A stretch of DNA of 64,000 bases from Alphaproteobacteria bacterium. GTDB lineage: Bacteria > Pseudomonadota > Alphaproteobacteria > CACIAM-22H2. The notes under the pieces are model-generated. The model worked only from the letters and a program-made list of their open reading frames with translations. It did not search any database and had not been told where the DNA came from. Of the stretch, positions 17,221 to 29,230 are shown in pieces (the stretch's first letter is position 1; each line of letters begins with the position of its first letter). The translations under genes were made by a program, and so were the position numbers. The stretch is from the NCBI GenBank assembly GCA_035506575.1, contig DATJPD010000114.1, positions 734 to 64,733 on the forward strand. The letters are read 5' to 3'.

Positions 17221-18330
17221 ATGATCGTGGACCTTCTCGACCGGCGCGGCTGGGGGGCGTTCCTGGGCTTGGGTGCGGTGCTCGCGATCGGCGTGCCGCT
17301 CCTCAACCTGCTGCCGGCGAGCTCGCCCTTCGCCATCCCCGACTATCTCGTGCCGCTGCTTGGCAAGTACGCGTGCTATGCGATCCTCGCGCTGTCGCTC
17401 GATTTGATCTGGGGCTATGCCGGAATCCTGAGCCTCGGCCAGGGCGCCTTCTTCGCGCTCGGCGGCTACGCCATGGGCATGTACCTCATGCGCCAGATCG
17501 GCACGCGCGGCGTGTACGGGAACGCCGTTCTGCCGGACTTCATGGTGTTCCTGAACTGGAAGGCGCTGCCCTGGTATTGGTACGGATTCGACCATTTCGC
17601 CTTCGCGGCCGCGATGGCCCTGCTGGTGCCCGGCCTCCTGGCGTTCGTGTTCGGGTGGTTCGCGTTCCGCTCGCGGGTCACCGGCGTCTATCTCTCGATC
17701 ATCACCCAGGCGCTCACCTATGCGCTGCTGCTGGCATTCTTCCGCAACGATATGGGCTTCGGCGGCAACAACGGGTTGACCGACTACAAGGACATCCTCG
17801 GCTTTGACGTCCATGCGCCTGCGACGCGCCGCGGTCTCTACGTGATCACAGTGATCGCGCTTGGCCTTTCGTTCCTGCTGTGCCGCTTCATCGTGAGATC
17901 GCGCCTCGGCCGCGTGCTGCTGGCGCTGCGCGACGCCGAGAGCCGTGTGCGCTTCCTCGGATATTCCGTCACCAATGCCAAGCTGTTTGCGTTCACCGTG
18001 GCAGCAGTGCTTGCGGGGCTCGCGGGGGCCCTGTACGTGCCGCAGGTCGGCATCATCAATCCCAGCGAGTTCTCGCCCGCGAACTCGATCGAGGTCGCGA
18101 TCTGGGTGGCCGTGGGCGGCCGCGGCACGCTGGTCGGCGCCATTCTCGGCGCCGGGATCGTGAACTGGGTGAAGACCTGGCTCACCGGTGCGGCGCCCGA
18201 GGTCTGGCTGTTCTTTCTCGGCGCCCTGTTCATCATCGTGACCTTGGCGCTCCCGTCAGGGGTGGTGGGCCTGGCGCGGCAATGGCAGGCGCGCCGGCGC
18301 CGTCGTGCCGTCGCGGTGCCGGCCGAATGA
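17221..18330 (+). CDS. urtC: urea ABC transporter permease
   Basis: ATG 1 nt after the urtB stop. LivM-like permease of 369 aa. Confidence 0.9.
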   Translation: MIVDLLDRRGWGAFLGLGAVLAIGVPLLNLLPASSPFAIPDYLVPLLGKYACYAILALSLDLIWGYAGILSLGQGAFFALGGYAMGMYLMRQIGTRGVYGNAVLPDFMVFLNWKALPWYWYGFDHFAFAAAMALLVPGLLAFVFGWFAFRSRVTGVYLSIITQALTYALLLAFFRNDMGFGGNNGLTDYKDILGFDVHAPATRRGLYVITVIALGLSFLLCRFIVRSRLGRVLLALRDAESRVRFLGYSVTNAKLFAFTVAAVLAGLAGALYVPQVGIINPSEFSPANSIEVAIWVAVGGRGTLVGAILGAGIVNWVKTWLTGAAPEVWLFFLGALFIIVTLALPSGVVGLARQWQARRRRRAVAVPAE

Positions 18331-19109
18331 ACGACGTCGCCATGACCGATACCTCTTCCCGGCAGATCACGGCGGACACACTGCTCTATCTCGACGGTGT
18401 CACCGTGAGCTTCGACGGCTTCAAGGCGCTGAACGAGCTGTCGCTGATCGTGACCCGCGGGGAGCTGCGTACGATCATCGGCCCCAACGGGGCCGGCAAG
18501 ACCACGATGATGGACGTCATCACCGGCAAGACGCGGCCCGACACGGGCACGGTGCTGTTCGACGGCAACATCGACCTGACCAAGCTCGACGAGACGGCGA
18601 TCGCCAATCTCGGCATCGGCCGCAAGTTCCAGAAGCCGACCGTGTTCGAGAACCTGACGGTGCTTCAGAACCTCGAGCTCGCCCTGAAAGGCGAGCGCGG
18701 CACCTGGCGCACGCTGACCGCAAAGCTGAGCGGCGAGGGCCGGGACCGGCTCGATGCGACGCTCAAGACGATCGGCCTCGCCGAGCGGCAGAAGGAGATC
18801 GCGGGTGCCTTGAGCCACGGACAGAAGCAGTGGCTCGAAATCGGCATGCTGCTGATCCAGGACCAGAAGATCCTGCTGCTCGACGAGCCGGTTGCCGGCA
18901 TGACCGACCACGAGACGCAGGCCACGGCCGAGCTGATCCTGAGCCTCGCCGGCAGCCGCACGGTGGTCGTCGTGGAGCACGACATGGAGTTCGTGCGCAG
19001 CCTCGGCGCGCGGGTGACCGTGCTGCACGAAGGATCGGTGCTCGCCGAAGGCTCGATCGATCATGTGCAGAACGATTCGCGCGTCATCGAAGTGTATCTC
19101 GGACGGTAA
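18327..19109 (+). CDS. urtD: urea ABC transporter ATP-binding protein
   Basis: ATGA overlap with urtC. Walker A GPNGAGKTT, signature LSHGQKQWLEIG, Walker B LLLDEP. Confidence 0.9.
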   Translation: MNDVAMTDTSSRQITADTLLYLDGVTVSFDGFKALNELSLIVTRGELRTIIGPNGAGKTTMMDVITGKTRPDTGTVLFDGNIDLTKLDETAIANLGIGRKFQKPTVFENLTVLQNLELALKGERGTWRTLTAKLSGEGRDRLDATLKTIGLAERQKEIAGALSHGQKQWLEIGMLLIQDQKILLLDEPVAGMTDHETQATAELILSLAGSRTVVVVEHDMEFVRSLGARVTVLHEGSVLAEGSIDHVQNDSRVIEVYLGR

Positions 19110-19120
19110 GGAGGACAGAC

Positions 19121-19225
19121 ATGACCTCAGTGCTCTTGCTCGTCATGGCCGCGTTGGCCGGCGCGATCGCCTTGCGGCCTTCGATGGCCGTCGTCCGCCT
19201 GGCGCAAAAAAGGCCCCGCCGCTAG
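19121..19225 (+). CDS. putative small hydrophobic peptide (34 aa) encoded between urtD and urtE
   Basis: Strong SD AAGGAGGA 5 nt before the ATG. Product MTSVLLLVMAALAGAIALRPSMAVVRLAQKRPRR is one TM helix plus a basic tail. Its stop lies 4 nt before the urtE ATG. Confidence 0.4.
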   Translation: MTSVLLLVMAALAGAIALRPSMAVVRLAQKRPRR

Positions 19226-19229
19226 GTCC

Positions 19230-19925
19230 ATGCTCGCGGTCCAGGACATCGATCTCTATTACGGCGCCAGCCACACCCTTCGCGGGGTGAGCCTGACCGC
19301 GCGCAAGGGCGAGATCACGTGCATTCTCGGCCGCAACGGCGTCGGCAAGACCAGTCTGTTACGCGCGATCTTCGGCCTGCAGCCGATCGCAGCCGGCCAT
19401 ATCGGCTGGGAGGACCATGACGTCAGCAAGCTTCCGCCGCACGCCCGCGCGCGCAGCGGCATGGCGCTGGTGCCGCAGGGGCGCGACATCTTTCCGCGCC
19501 TGACCGTACAGGAGAACCTCGAGACGGGGTTCGCGCCGCTGTCGCGCGACAAGCGTCACGTGCCGGATGAGATCTTCACCCTGTTCCCCGTCCTGCACGA
19601 CATGCTGGGGCGGCGCGGCGGTGACCTGTCGGGCGGCCAGCAGCAGCAGCTCGCGATCGCGCGGGCGCTGGTGACCCGGCCGCGCCTCCTGATCCTCGAC
19701 GAGCCGACCGAGGGCATCCAGCCCTCGATCATCAAGGACATCGAGCGGGTCATCCGGTTGCTCGCCGAGCGCGGCGACATGGCCGTCCTGCTGGTCGAGC
19801 AGTATTTCGAGTTCGCCCGCGATCTTGCCGACGCCTACGTGGTCATGGAGCGCGGCGAGGTCGTGCTGGCGGGGCGCAAGTCGGACATGGAGGAATCCGC
19901 CGTCCGGCGCTACCTTACGGTCTGA
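19230..19925 (+). CDS. urtE: urea ABC transporter ATP-binding protein
   Basis: Walker A GRNGVGKTS, signature LSGGQQQQLAIARAL, Walker B LILDEP. LivF-like. Confidence 0.9.
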   Translation: MLAVQDIDLYYGASHTLRGVSLTARKGEITCILGRNGVGKTSLLRAIFGLQPIAAGHIGWEDHDVSKLPPHARARSGMALVPQGRDIFPRLTVQENLETGFAPLSRDKRHVPDEIFTLFPVLHDMLGRRGGDLSGGQQQQLAIARALVTRPRLLILDEPTEGIQPSIIKDIERVIRLLAERGDMAVLLVEQYFEFARDLADAYVVMERGEVVLAGRKSDMEESAVRRYLTV

Positions 19926-19926
19926 C

Positions 19927-20778
19927 GTGCCGTATGACCCAACTTCCGGCCGCACGACGGCCCTCGAACGCGGCGACGGCGCCGCCGAGCTGGTCTTTGC
20001 CGGGCGCGGCCCGGGCAACGGCCTTCGGCACCTCTATCAGCACGATCCCTGCCGCGTGCTGTTCCCGCGCGCCGAGCCGGGCCATCCGCCGACCGCCGTG
20101 CTGCTGACGACCTCGGGCGGGCTCACGGGGGGCGATCGCCTGCGCCTGTCGTTTGCAGCGCGCGAGGGGGCGGCGGCCACGATCACCTCGCAGGCCGCCG
20201 AAAAGATCTATCGTGCGCTCGACGAGGAGTGCCGCATCGACGTCACGATCGACGTCGGCAACGCGTGGCTGGAATGGCTGCCGCAGGAGACGATCCTGTT
20301 CGACGGCGCCCGGCTGGCACGCCGCACCACCGTGGCCACGACAGCGGAGAGCCGGCTGCTCGCCTCCGAGATGCTGGTCTTCGGCCGCATCGCGCGCGGC
20401 GAGAGCTTCGCGTCGGGCTTCCTGCACGATGCGTGGCGGATCACGCGTGACGGAAAGCTCGTGTGGGCCGATGCGCTGACGCTCGAGGGCGACGTCGCTG
20501 CGGCCCTGGGGCGGCCGGCCGCCTTCGATGGCGCCCGGGCCGTGGCCACGGCGGTCTATGTGGCCGCCGACGCGGCAAAGCACCTCGACGTCGCCCGCAC
20601 CTTGCTGGAGACAGCTTGCAGCTGGGCGGCGGCGACCGTGGTGAACGAGATCCTGCTGGCGCGCTTCGTCGGCCGCGACGCGGCGTCGGTGCGCCGCGAC
20701 TTGATCGGGTATCTGTGCGGGCTGCGCCAGGCGGCCGGCGGCTGGCCGGCGCGTCTGCCGCGCGTCTGGTATCACTGA
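19927..20778 (+). CDS. ureD: urease accessory protein UreD
   Basis: GTG start 1 nt after the urtE stop. ~283 aa and sits upstream of ureABC. Confidence 0.8.
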   Translation: MPYDPTSGRTTALERGDGAAELVFAGRGPGNGLRHLYQHDPCRVLFPRAEPGHPPTAVLLTTSGGLTGGDRLRLSFAAREGAAATITSQAAEKIYRALDEECRIDVTIDVGNAWLEWLPQETILFDGARLARRTTVATTAESRLLASEMLVFGRIARGESFASGFLHDAWRITRDGKLVWADALTLEGDVAAALGRPAAFDGARAVATAVYVAADAAKHLDVARTLLETACSWAAATVVNEILLARFVGRDAASVRRDLIGYLCGLRQAAGGWPARLPRVWYH

Positions 20779-20801
20779 CAGAGGGCAACGGGGAGGCGAG
20801 G

Positions 20802-21104
20802 GTGAATCTGACACCGAGGGAAAAGGACAAGCTCCTGGTCGCGATGGCGGCGATGGTCGCGCGCCGGCGGCTCGAGCGCGGGGTGAAGCTCAATCACCCG
20901 GAGGCGGTGGCGCTGATCACGGATTTCGTGGTCGAGGGCGCGCGCGACGGCCGCAGCGTCGCCGAGCTGATGCGCGACGGCGCCACGGTGCTGCGCCGCA
21001 ATCAGGTCATGGAGGGGGTCGCCGAGATGATCGCCGACATCCAGGTCGAGGCGACGTTTCCGGACGGCACCAAGCTCGTCACCGTCCACGCGCCGATCCG
21101 CTGA
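20802..21104 (+). CDS. ureA: urease subunit gamma
   Basis: GTG start. [38 protein letters not shown] is canonical UreA, 100 aa. Confidence 0.95.
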   Translation: MNLTPREKDKLLVAMAAMVARRRLERGVKLNHPEAVALITDFVVEGARDGRSVAELMRDGATVLRRNQVMEGVAEMIADIQVEATFPDGTKLVTVHAPIR

Positions 21105-21115
21105 AGGGGGAAGAC

Positions 21116-21421
21116 ATGATTCCAGGGGAAATCCTGCCGCAAGACGGCGAGATCGAGCTCAACGCCGGCCGCAAGACGGTGACACTCGAGGTCGCCAACA
21201 CCGGCGACCGGCCGATCCAGGTCGGCTCGCACTATCATTTCTTCGAGACCAATACGGCGCTCAAGTTCGAGCGCAAGAAGGCGCGCGGCTACCGGCTCGA
21301 CATCGCGGCCGGAACCGCGGTGCGGTTCGAGCCCGGGCAGACGCGAACCGTGCGCCTGGTGGCCTACGCGGGCGGGCGCACCGTCTACGGCTTCAACGCC
21401 AAGATCAGCGGCAAGCTTTAG
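21116..21421 (+). CDS. ureB: urease subunit beta
   Basis: MIPGEI...[13 protein letters not shown], 101 aa. Confidence 0.95.
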   Translation: MIPGEILPQDGEIELNAGRKTVTLEVANTGDRPIQVGSHYHFFETNTALKFERKKARGYRLDIAAGTAVRFEPGQTRTVRLVAYAGGRTVYGFNAKISGKL

Positions 21422-21431
21422 GGGCGGGACC

Positions 21432-23144
<1,713 letters not shown>

Positions 23145-23146
23145 CG

Positions 23147-23617
23147 ATGCTGCACGCGCATCGCATCGCACCGGCCGGCCATTGGCCGTCCGAGGAGTGC
23201 CGCGGCACGGTGACGCTCGGCTATGACGACCGCCACCGTCGGCGGCTGCGCCTGGCGACCGACGCCGGCGAGCCGGTGCTGCTCGACCTTCCGTATACGG
23301 CGGTGCTGGCCGACGGCGACGGTTTGGCGCTCAGCGAAGGTGGGTTCGTCGCGGTCAGGGCCGCCCTCGAAGACCTGGTCGAGATCACCGCCGACACGCC
23401 GGCGCTGCTGTCGCGCATCGCCTGGCATGTCGGCAACCGGCACGTGCCGGCCGAGCTCGACGGGCAGCGCATCCTCATCCGCGAGGATCACGTGATCGTG
23501 GCGATGGTCGAAGGCCTGGGCGGCACCGTGCGGCACATCCAGGCGCCGTTCACGCCCGAAGGCGGCGCCTATGCGGCGCACGCGCATGGTTCCGAGTTGG
23601 ACAGTGACCATGTTTAA
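23147..23617 (+). CDS. ureE: urease accessory protein UreE
   Basis: Start MLHAHRIAP found by in-frame mapping inside ORF 22784-23617. His-containing C-terminus. Position between ureC and ureF. Confidence 0.8.
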   Translation: MLHAHRIAPAGHWPSEECRGTVTLGYDDRHRRRLRLATDAGEPVLLDLPYTAVLADGDGLALSEGGFVAVRAALEDLVEITADTPALLSRIAWHVGNRHVPAELDGQRILIREDHVIVAMVEGLGGTVRHIQAPFTPEGGAYAAHAHGSELDSDHV

Positions 23618-24308
23618 GACGGGGGCTACGTCTGAGACCGCGCTGTACCGGCTGATGGCGTGGCTGTCCCCGGCCTATCCCACGGGCGCGTTCAGCTACA
23701 GCCATGGTCTCGAATACGCGGTGGAAACCGGGCGCGTGGCCACGGCTGGCGCGCTGATCGATTGGGTGGCGACCGTCGTCGAGGCGGGCGCAGGCCGGGT
23801 GGACGCAGCCCTGTTCGCCGCCGCATGGCGCGCAGCGGAGCAGGGGGACGACGCAGCCCTCGATGAGGCGGTTGCGCTGGCGGCGGCCTGGCGCTCCAGC
23901 GCCGAGACCGCCCTCGAAAGTACGGCGCAAGGGTCCGCCTTCCTGTCCGTTACGGCCAAGGCGTGGCCGCATCCCGCCCTCTTGCAGCTCGCCACCCGTC
24001 ACCGGGACCAGGTGCCGCTGTCTGCGGTGGTCGGTGCTGCCTGCGCCTGGCACGGCGTGCCACTGGCGACAGCAGTCGCAGCATACCTGCAGGCGTTTGC
24101 CGCCAACCTCGTTTCGGCCGGGGTACGGCTGATCCCTCTCGGCCAGACCGACGGCCAGCGCGCCGTGGCTGCCCTCGAGCCGGTGATCGCGCGCGCGACC
24201 GAAGCCGCCCTCGCGGCCGATCTCGACTCGCTGGGGACCTCTTCGCCCTTACTCGACTGGTGCTCGATGAAACACGAAACCCAATACACGAGGTTGTTCC
24301 GCTCATGA
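23610..24308 (+). CDS. ureF: urease accessory protein UreF
   Basis: [25 protein letters not shown] is canonical UreF. 8-nt overlap with ureE. Confidence 0.85.
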   Translation: MFKTGATSETALYRLMAWLSPAYPTGAFSYSHGLEYAVETGRVATAGALIDWVATVVEAGAGRVDAALFAAAWRAAEQGDDAALDEAVALAAAWRSSAETALESTAQGSAFLSVTAKAWPHPALLQLATRHRDQVPLSAVVGAACAWHGVPLATAVAAYLQAFAANLVSAGVRLIPLGQTDGQRAVAALEPVIARATEAALAADLDSLGTSSPLLDWCSMKHETQYTRLFRS

Positions 24309-24928
24309 GCTCTCCCCATGGACCTCTCCGCGTCGGCATCGGCGGCCCGGTCGGCTCGGGCAAGACGGCACTCGTCGACCGCCTGTGCAAGCACATGCGC
24401 GACCGCTACAACCTCGCGGTCGTCACGAACGACATCTACACGAAGGAAGATGCGCAGTTCCTGACCCGCTCGGGGGCACTCGCCCCGGAGCGCATCGTGG
24501 GCGTGGAGACGGGCGGCTGCCCGCACACGGCGATCCGCGAGGACGCCTCGGCCAACCTCGCGGCCGTCGCCGACATGACGCGCCGCTATCCCGACCTCGA
24601 CATCGTGTTCGTCGAGTCGGGCGGCGACAATCTCGCCGCGACCTTCAGCCCCGAGCTCGCCGACCTCACCATCTACGTCATCGACGTGTCGGCCGGCGAC
24701 AAGATCCCGCGCAAGGGCGGCCCCGGCATCACGCGCTCGGACCTGCTGGTGATCAACAAGATCGACCTCGCCCCCCTGGTCGGCGCCAGTCTCGAGGTGA
24801 TGGACCGCGACGCGCGCAAGATGCGCGGGACCCGCCCGTTCCTGTTCACCAACCTCAAGGCGAACCAGGGTGTCGCCGAGATCGCCGACTTCATCGTGAA
24901 GACCGGCGGGGTCGAGGCCGCGGCGTAA
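24305..24928 (+). CDS. ureG: urease accessory GTPase UreG
   Basis: [12 protein letters not shown]-loop, ESGGDNL, and [13 protein letters not shown] overlap with ureF. Confidence 0.95.
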   Translation: MSSPHGPLRVGIGGPVGSGKTALVDRLCKHMRDRYNLAVVTNDIYTKEDAQFLTRSGALAPERIVGVETGGCPHTAIREDASANLAAVADMTRRYPDLDIVFVESGGDNLAATFSPELADLTIYVIDVSAGDKIPRKGGPGITRSDLLVINKIDLAPLVGASLEVMDRDARKMRGTRPFLFTNLKANQGVAEIADFIVKTGGVEAAA

Positions 24929-24932
24929 AACA

Positions 24933-26696
24933 TTGAGGGGCTGCCGCGGGGCGGGCATTCTTAGCCGGATCGATCCCCGAGTCCCGTCCGGAGCTGCCTT
25001 GCAGTCGTCCTTGTCCGCCGAGCGGCGCAGCATCGCCGCCGATCTCCTGCTGCTGGCGCTGGTCATCGGCGGCATCTATCTGGTGCTGCTTGGCCAGCGG
25101 CCTTTGAGCGTGCCGAGCGAGGCGCGCTACGCGGAGATCCCCCGCGAGATGCTGGCCTCCGGCGACTGGCTGACGCCGCGCCTCAACGGGGTCAAATATT
25201 TCGAGAAGCCGCCGTTGTTCTACTGGCTGCAGGCGGCCGACGAGGCCATGTTCGGCCGTTCCGAGTTTGCGGTGCGCGTGCTGACCGCGGCGTTCGGCGT
25301 GGGCGGATGTCTCGTCGTGTACGTGGCGGGCCGTGCCTCGTGGTCGCGGCGCGCCGGGCTCCTTGCCGCCGGGACGATGGCGACGTCGGTGCTCTATTTC
25401 GAGCTGTCGCGGCAGGTGCTGCTCGACATGCCGGTCGCGTTTTTTCTTACGGCGACATTCACGGCGTTTCTGCTCGGCATCCGGGCGCCGCCGGCGAGCC
25501 CGGCCCGCAGCCGCGCTATGTACCTCATGTATGCCATGGCCGCCGGCGCGACCTTAACCAAGGGGCTGATCGGCATCGCCCTGCCGGGCTTGGTCGTGCT
25601 GACGTGGCTGATCCTGACCGGCCGTTGGTCCGAGCTGCGCCACGTGCGCCTGCCGACCGGCACGTTGCTGTTCCTGGTTTTGACGGTGCCGTGGCACGTG
25701 GCGGTGGCGCTGCGGAATCCGGAGTTCGCCTGGTTCTATTTCGTGCACGAGCACGTGCTGCGCTTCCTCACGCCCGAGGCAGGCCGCAGCGAGCCGGTGT
25801 GGTTCTTCATTCCGATCCTGATCATCGGGTGGCTGCCGTGGGTCGTCTATCTACCCTCGGCGATATGGGAGTCGGTCGGCACCTGGTGGGCGGACCGGCG
25901 CGAACGCTCGGCCGAGCTGCTCGTCCTCTTGTGGTTTCTGCTGCCGTTCCTGTTCTTCTCCGCCTCGCGGTCGAAGCTGATTCCCTATGCCCTGCCGTTT
26001 TTCCCGCCGCTGTCGCTGCTCCTCGGCGCCTGGCTCGACCGCGCCCTCGAACGGGAGCGGCGGCTCATGCGCGGGGCTCTGCTCCTGCTGTCGGTGCTGC
26101 TGATCGGACTGGCTCTGCTGACCGACCGTGTGCACGACGACCCGCAGCTGTTCATTCCGCAACGCTACCTGGCCGCCGCCGCGCCCGCCTTGGGCCATCT
26201 GATGCCGCTGACCTATGGACTGGCCCTGGCCGCGATTGCACTGGGCTGGATGGCACGGCGCGATGCGTTGGGTGCGGCGATCGCCGTCACCCTGGCCGGT
26301 TCGGCCGCGTTCGGTCTCGCGGTCGATGCGATCGTGGGTGCCGCGCAGCCCGGATCGACGAAGCCGCTCGCGATGATGCTCGATCCTCGCTTGCGACCGG
26401 GAGACGAGGTCGCCTCCCTGTTCAGCTATCCGCAGGATCTGCCGTTCTACCTGAACCGGCGGATCACGGTCGCTGCGACCGGCGGCGACGAGCTCGATTT
26501 CGGCCGCTCGGTCGAGGATACGCGCGCCTGGATGGTCGGCGAGGACGAGTTCTGGCGGCGCTGGAGTGAACCGGGGCATACGATGTACGCCGTGATCCCG
26601 CTCGCGCGCTATGCGGAGCTCTCCGCCGGCCGCAAGACGTCGATGGTTGAACTCGGGCGGACCGCGAGCGACGTGCTGGTGTCCAATATCAAGTAG
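24933..26696 (+). CDS. arnT: GT39/GT83 family glycosyltransferase, ArnT-like (undecaprenyl-phosphate-L-Ara4N transferase homolog)
   Basis: YAEIPREMLASGDWLTPRLNGVKYFEKPPLFYW is the ArnT/PMT_2 signature region. ~12 TM helices. arnBCAD lie nearby. Confidence 0.75.
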   Translation: MRGCRGAGILSRIDPRVPSGAALQSSLSAERRSIAADLLLLALVIGGIYLVLLGQRPLSVPSEARYAEIPREMLASGDWLTPRLNGVKYFEKPPLFYWLQAADEAMFGRSEFAVRVLTAAFGVGGCLVVYVAGRASWSRRAGLLAAGTMATSVLYFELSRQVLLDMPVAFFLTATFTAFLLGIRAPPASPARSRAMYLMYAMAAGATLTKGLIGIALPGLVVLTWLILTGRWSELRHVRLPTGTLLFLVLTVPWHVAVALRNPEFAWFYFVHEHVLRFLTPEAGRSEPVWFFIPILIIGWLPWVVYLPSAIWESVGTWWADRRERSAELLVLLWFLLPFLFFSASRSKLIPYALPFFPPLSLLLGAWLDRALERERRLMRGALLLLSVLLIGLALLTDRVHDDPQLFIPQRYLAAAAPALGHLMPLTYGLALAAIALGWMARRDALGAAIAVTLAGSAAFGLAVDAIVGAAQPGSTKPLAMMLDPRLRPGDEVASLFSYPQDLPFYLNRRITVAATGGDELDFGRSVEDTRAWMVGEDEFWRRWSEPGHTMYAVIPLARYAELSAGRKTSMVELGRTASDVLVSNIK

Positions 26697-27915
26697 CCGC
26701 CGGGAGTATGGCGGCGGTTCGCCGCCGCAGCCGCAACAACGAGCCGGCAATCAGGAGATTAAGGATGTTCCAGCCGATGCCGTTGAGAATGGCGGCCTGA
26801 TAAGAGCCGGTCAGATCGAAGATGGCGCCGGACATCCAGCCACCGAGCGCCATGCCCACCAGGGTGGCGGATAAGGTCAGGCCGACGCGCGTTGCGGCTT
26901 CACGGGCCGGGAACAGCTCGCGCACGATATACGCGTAGCTCGGGACGATGCCGCCTTGCCCCAGGCCGAACACCGCCGAGATCACGTACAGCGACACCAG
27001 GCCGTCGAACGGCAGGTACAGGGCCAGCGCCATCCCCTGCAGCGCCGAGCCGATCAGCAGCGTTTTGAGGCCGCCCAGGCGGTCAAGGACCACGCCGAAG
27101 GTGAGCCGACTGATGACGCCGCAGCCGAGCATCAGCGACAGCATCTCGGCCCCGCGCGCCGGTCCATAGCCGAGGTCCACGCAATAGGCCACGAGATGGA
27201 CCTGCGGCATCGCCATCGCGATGCAGCATGAGAGGCCCGCCAGCGCCAGCAATGCCTGCAGCCGCGCGGGCGGCAGGAAGGGCGTCGGGTCCCGGCCGAC
27301 CGCCATCTCGTGCCGGGCCGACTTCGCGGGCGGCTGCCGCCGCAGGACAAAGGTCAGCGGCAGGGTCGCCACGAGACAGAATACGCCGATGCCGAGATGC
27401 GTCTCGCGCCAACCGACCAGCGCGATGAAATGCTCGACGATGCCCGGCCAGAGGGTCCCGGCGAGATAGTTGCCGGTCGCCGCCACCGCGATTGCGATCC
27501 CGCGGCGTCGTTCGAACCAGAGCGAAATGTCGGCGACCATCGGTGCGAAGGTCGCAGAGCTGCCGAGGCCGATCACGGCGCCGTAGATCGCGGCGAACAC
27601 CCCGATGTTCGGCGCATGCGCGGCAGCGACATAGCCCAGACTGAGGGCGATCGTGCCGCCGATCACGGGGACCATGATGCCGAACCGGTCGGCAAGCCGG
27701 CCCATCAGGACCGTGCCGCAGGCAAAGCCGATCATGGTCAGGGCATAAGGTAAGGACGCGCCGCCGCGCGCGACGCCGAATTCCGCCTGGACGGCCGGGA
27801 GCGCCACCACGATCGACCACATCCCGACGCCGCCGAGCGTACTGATGGTCACGACGGCGATCAGGCGGACCCATGCATACGGGGAATCGACGCCGCCGCT
27901 GGCGATGGTGCTCAT
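26689..27915 (-). CDS. MFS transporter
   Basis: 408 aa, 12-TM profile, MFS motif GRLADRFG. Confidence 0.8.
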   Translation of the reverse strand: MSTIASGGVDSPYAWVRLIAVVTISTLGGVGMWSIVVALPAVQAEFGVARGGASLPYALTMIGFACGTVLMGRLADRFGIMVPVIGGTIALSLGYVAAAHAPNIGVFAAIYGAVIGLGSSATFAPMVADISLWFERRRGIAIAVAATGNYLAGTLWPGIVEHFIALVGWRETHLGIGVFCLVATLPLTFVLRRQPPAKSARHEMAVGRDPTPFLPPARLQALLALAGLSCCIAMAMPQVHLVAYCVDLGYGPARGAEMLSLMLGCGVISRLTFGVVLDRLGGLKTLLIGSALQGMALALYLPFDGLVSLYVISAVFGLGQGGIVPSYAYIVRELFPAREAATRVGLTLSATLVGMALGGWMSGAIFDLTGSYQAAILNGIGWNILNLLIAGSLLRLRRRTAAILPAAT

Positions 27916-28057
27916 CCCGGTACTCGTACCTCATTCGCGGCCCTGCCGCCATCTTCGGCACCCCGCCGCGGCGAAGAATCTCTCAACATTGTGAATATGT
28001 TGGGGCCGTAGTATGGTCCGCCGCGCCGGCCGTTCGCCGGACACAGCCAAGGTGCGC

Positions 28058-29230
28058 ATGACGAGCGATCCGGCGCCGTTCCTTCCGTTTGCGAAGCCCG
28101 ATCTCCAGGCGGAGGAGATCGACGAGGTGGTCGCGGTCCTGAAATCGGGCTGGCTCACCACCGGCCCGCGTGTGCAGCGCTTCGAGGCGGCGTTCAAGGA
28201 GTATTTTGGCGCCCCGCACGTGCTTGCCGTGTCCTCGGCGACGGCTGGCTTGCATCTCGCGATCCTGGCGCTCGGCCTCGAGGACGGCGATGAGGTCATC
28301 ACCACGCCGCTCACCTTCGCTGCGAGCCTGAATACGATCGTGCTCGGAGGCGGCCGCCCGGTGCTCGTGGATATCGATCCGGCGACGTTCAACATCGATG
28401 TGGGGCGGGTCGCCGCCGCGATCACCAAGCGCACCAAGGCGATCATGCCGGTGCATTTCGCAGGGCTGCCGGTCGATCTCGATCCGCTCTATGCGCTCGC
28501 CGACAAGCACGGCCTGCGCGTCGTGGAGGATTGCGCGCACGCGATCCACACGGAATACAAAGGCCGCCGGCTCGGCAGCTTCGGCGACACCCAGGTGTTC
28601 AGCTTCCATCCGAACAAGAACATGACCACCGGCGAGGGCGGGGTGGTGGTCACGCGCGACGCGGCCCTGGCCAGGACGATCAGCACGCTTCGGTTCCATG
28701 GCATCGACCGCGACGCCTTCAACCGCTTCTCGAAGGCGGGCAGCCAGATCTATGACGTCGTCGCACCCGGATTCAAATACAACATGATGGATATCCAGGC
28801 GGCGATCGGGCTGCATCAGCTCAAGCGCCTCGACAGCTTCATCGCGGCGCGAACGGCCCTGGCCGAGCGCTACGGCAAGCTCTTCGGCGACTGGAACTCG
28901 CTCACCCGGCCGCAGCCCGCGCCATTCCCGCACCGTCATGCGTGGCACCTCTACACGGTGCTGGTCGAGGAACGCGCCTGCGGCATCGACCGCGACGGCT
29001 TCATCGCCGCGATGAAGGAGCACAATATCGGCGTCGGCCTCCACTACACGGCGGCACACCTGTTCACCTATTACCGTGAGCGTTTCGGCTTCAAGCCGGG
29101 GGACTTCCCGCATGCCGAGCGCGTCGGCGCCAGCATCACGAGCCTGCCGCTGTTCCCGACCATGACCAGCGCCGAGCAGGATCGCGTGGTCGCGGCCATG
29201 CGCGACGTCTTCCAGGCGGCGCGCGCCTGA
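28058..29230 (+). CDS. arnB: DegT/DnrJ/EryC1 family PLP aminotransferase; UDP-4-amino-4-deoxy-L-arabinose--oxoglutarate aminotransferase homolog
   Basis: DEVITTPLTFAAS, HFAGLP, and the SFHPNKNMTTGEGG PLP-Lys region. Heads the arnC/arnA/arnD run. Confidence 0.85.
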   Translation: MTSDPAPFLPFAKPDLQAEEIDEVVAVLKSGWLTTGPRVQRFEAAFKEYFGAPHVLAVSSATAGLHLAILALGLEDGDEVITTPLTFAASLNTIVLGGGRPVLVDIDPATFNIDVGRVAAAITKRTKAIMPVHFAGLPVDLDPLYALADKHGLRVVEDCAHAIHTEYKGRRLGSFGDTQVFSFHPNKNMTTGEGGVVVTRDAALARTISTLRFHGIDRDAFNRFSKAGSQIYDVVAPGFKYNMMDIQAAIGLHQLKRLDSFIAARTALAERYGKLFGDWNSLTRPQPAPFPHRHAWHLYTVLVEERACGIDRDGFIAAMKEHNIGVGLHYTAAHLFTYYRERFGFKPGDFPHAERVGASITSLPLFPTMTSAEQDRVVAAMRDVFQAARA

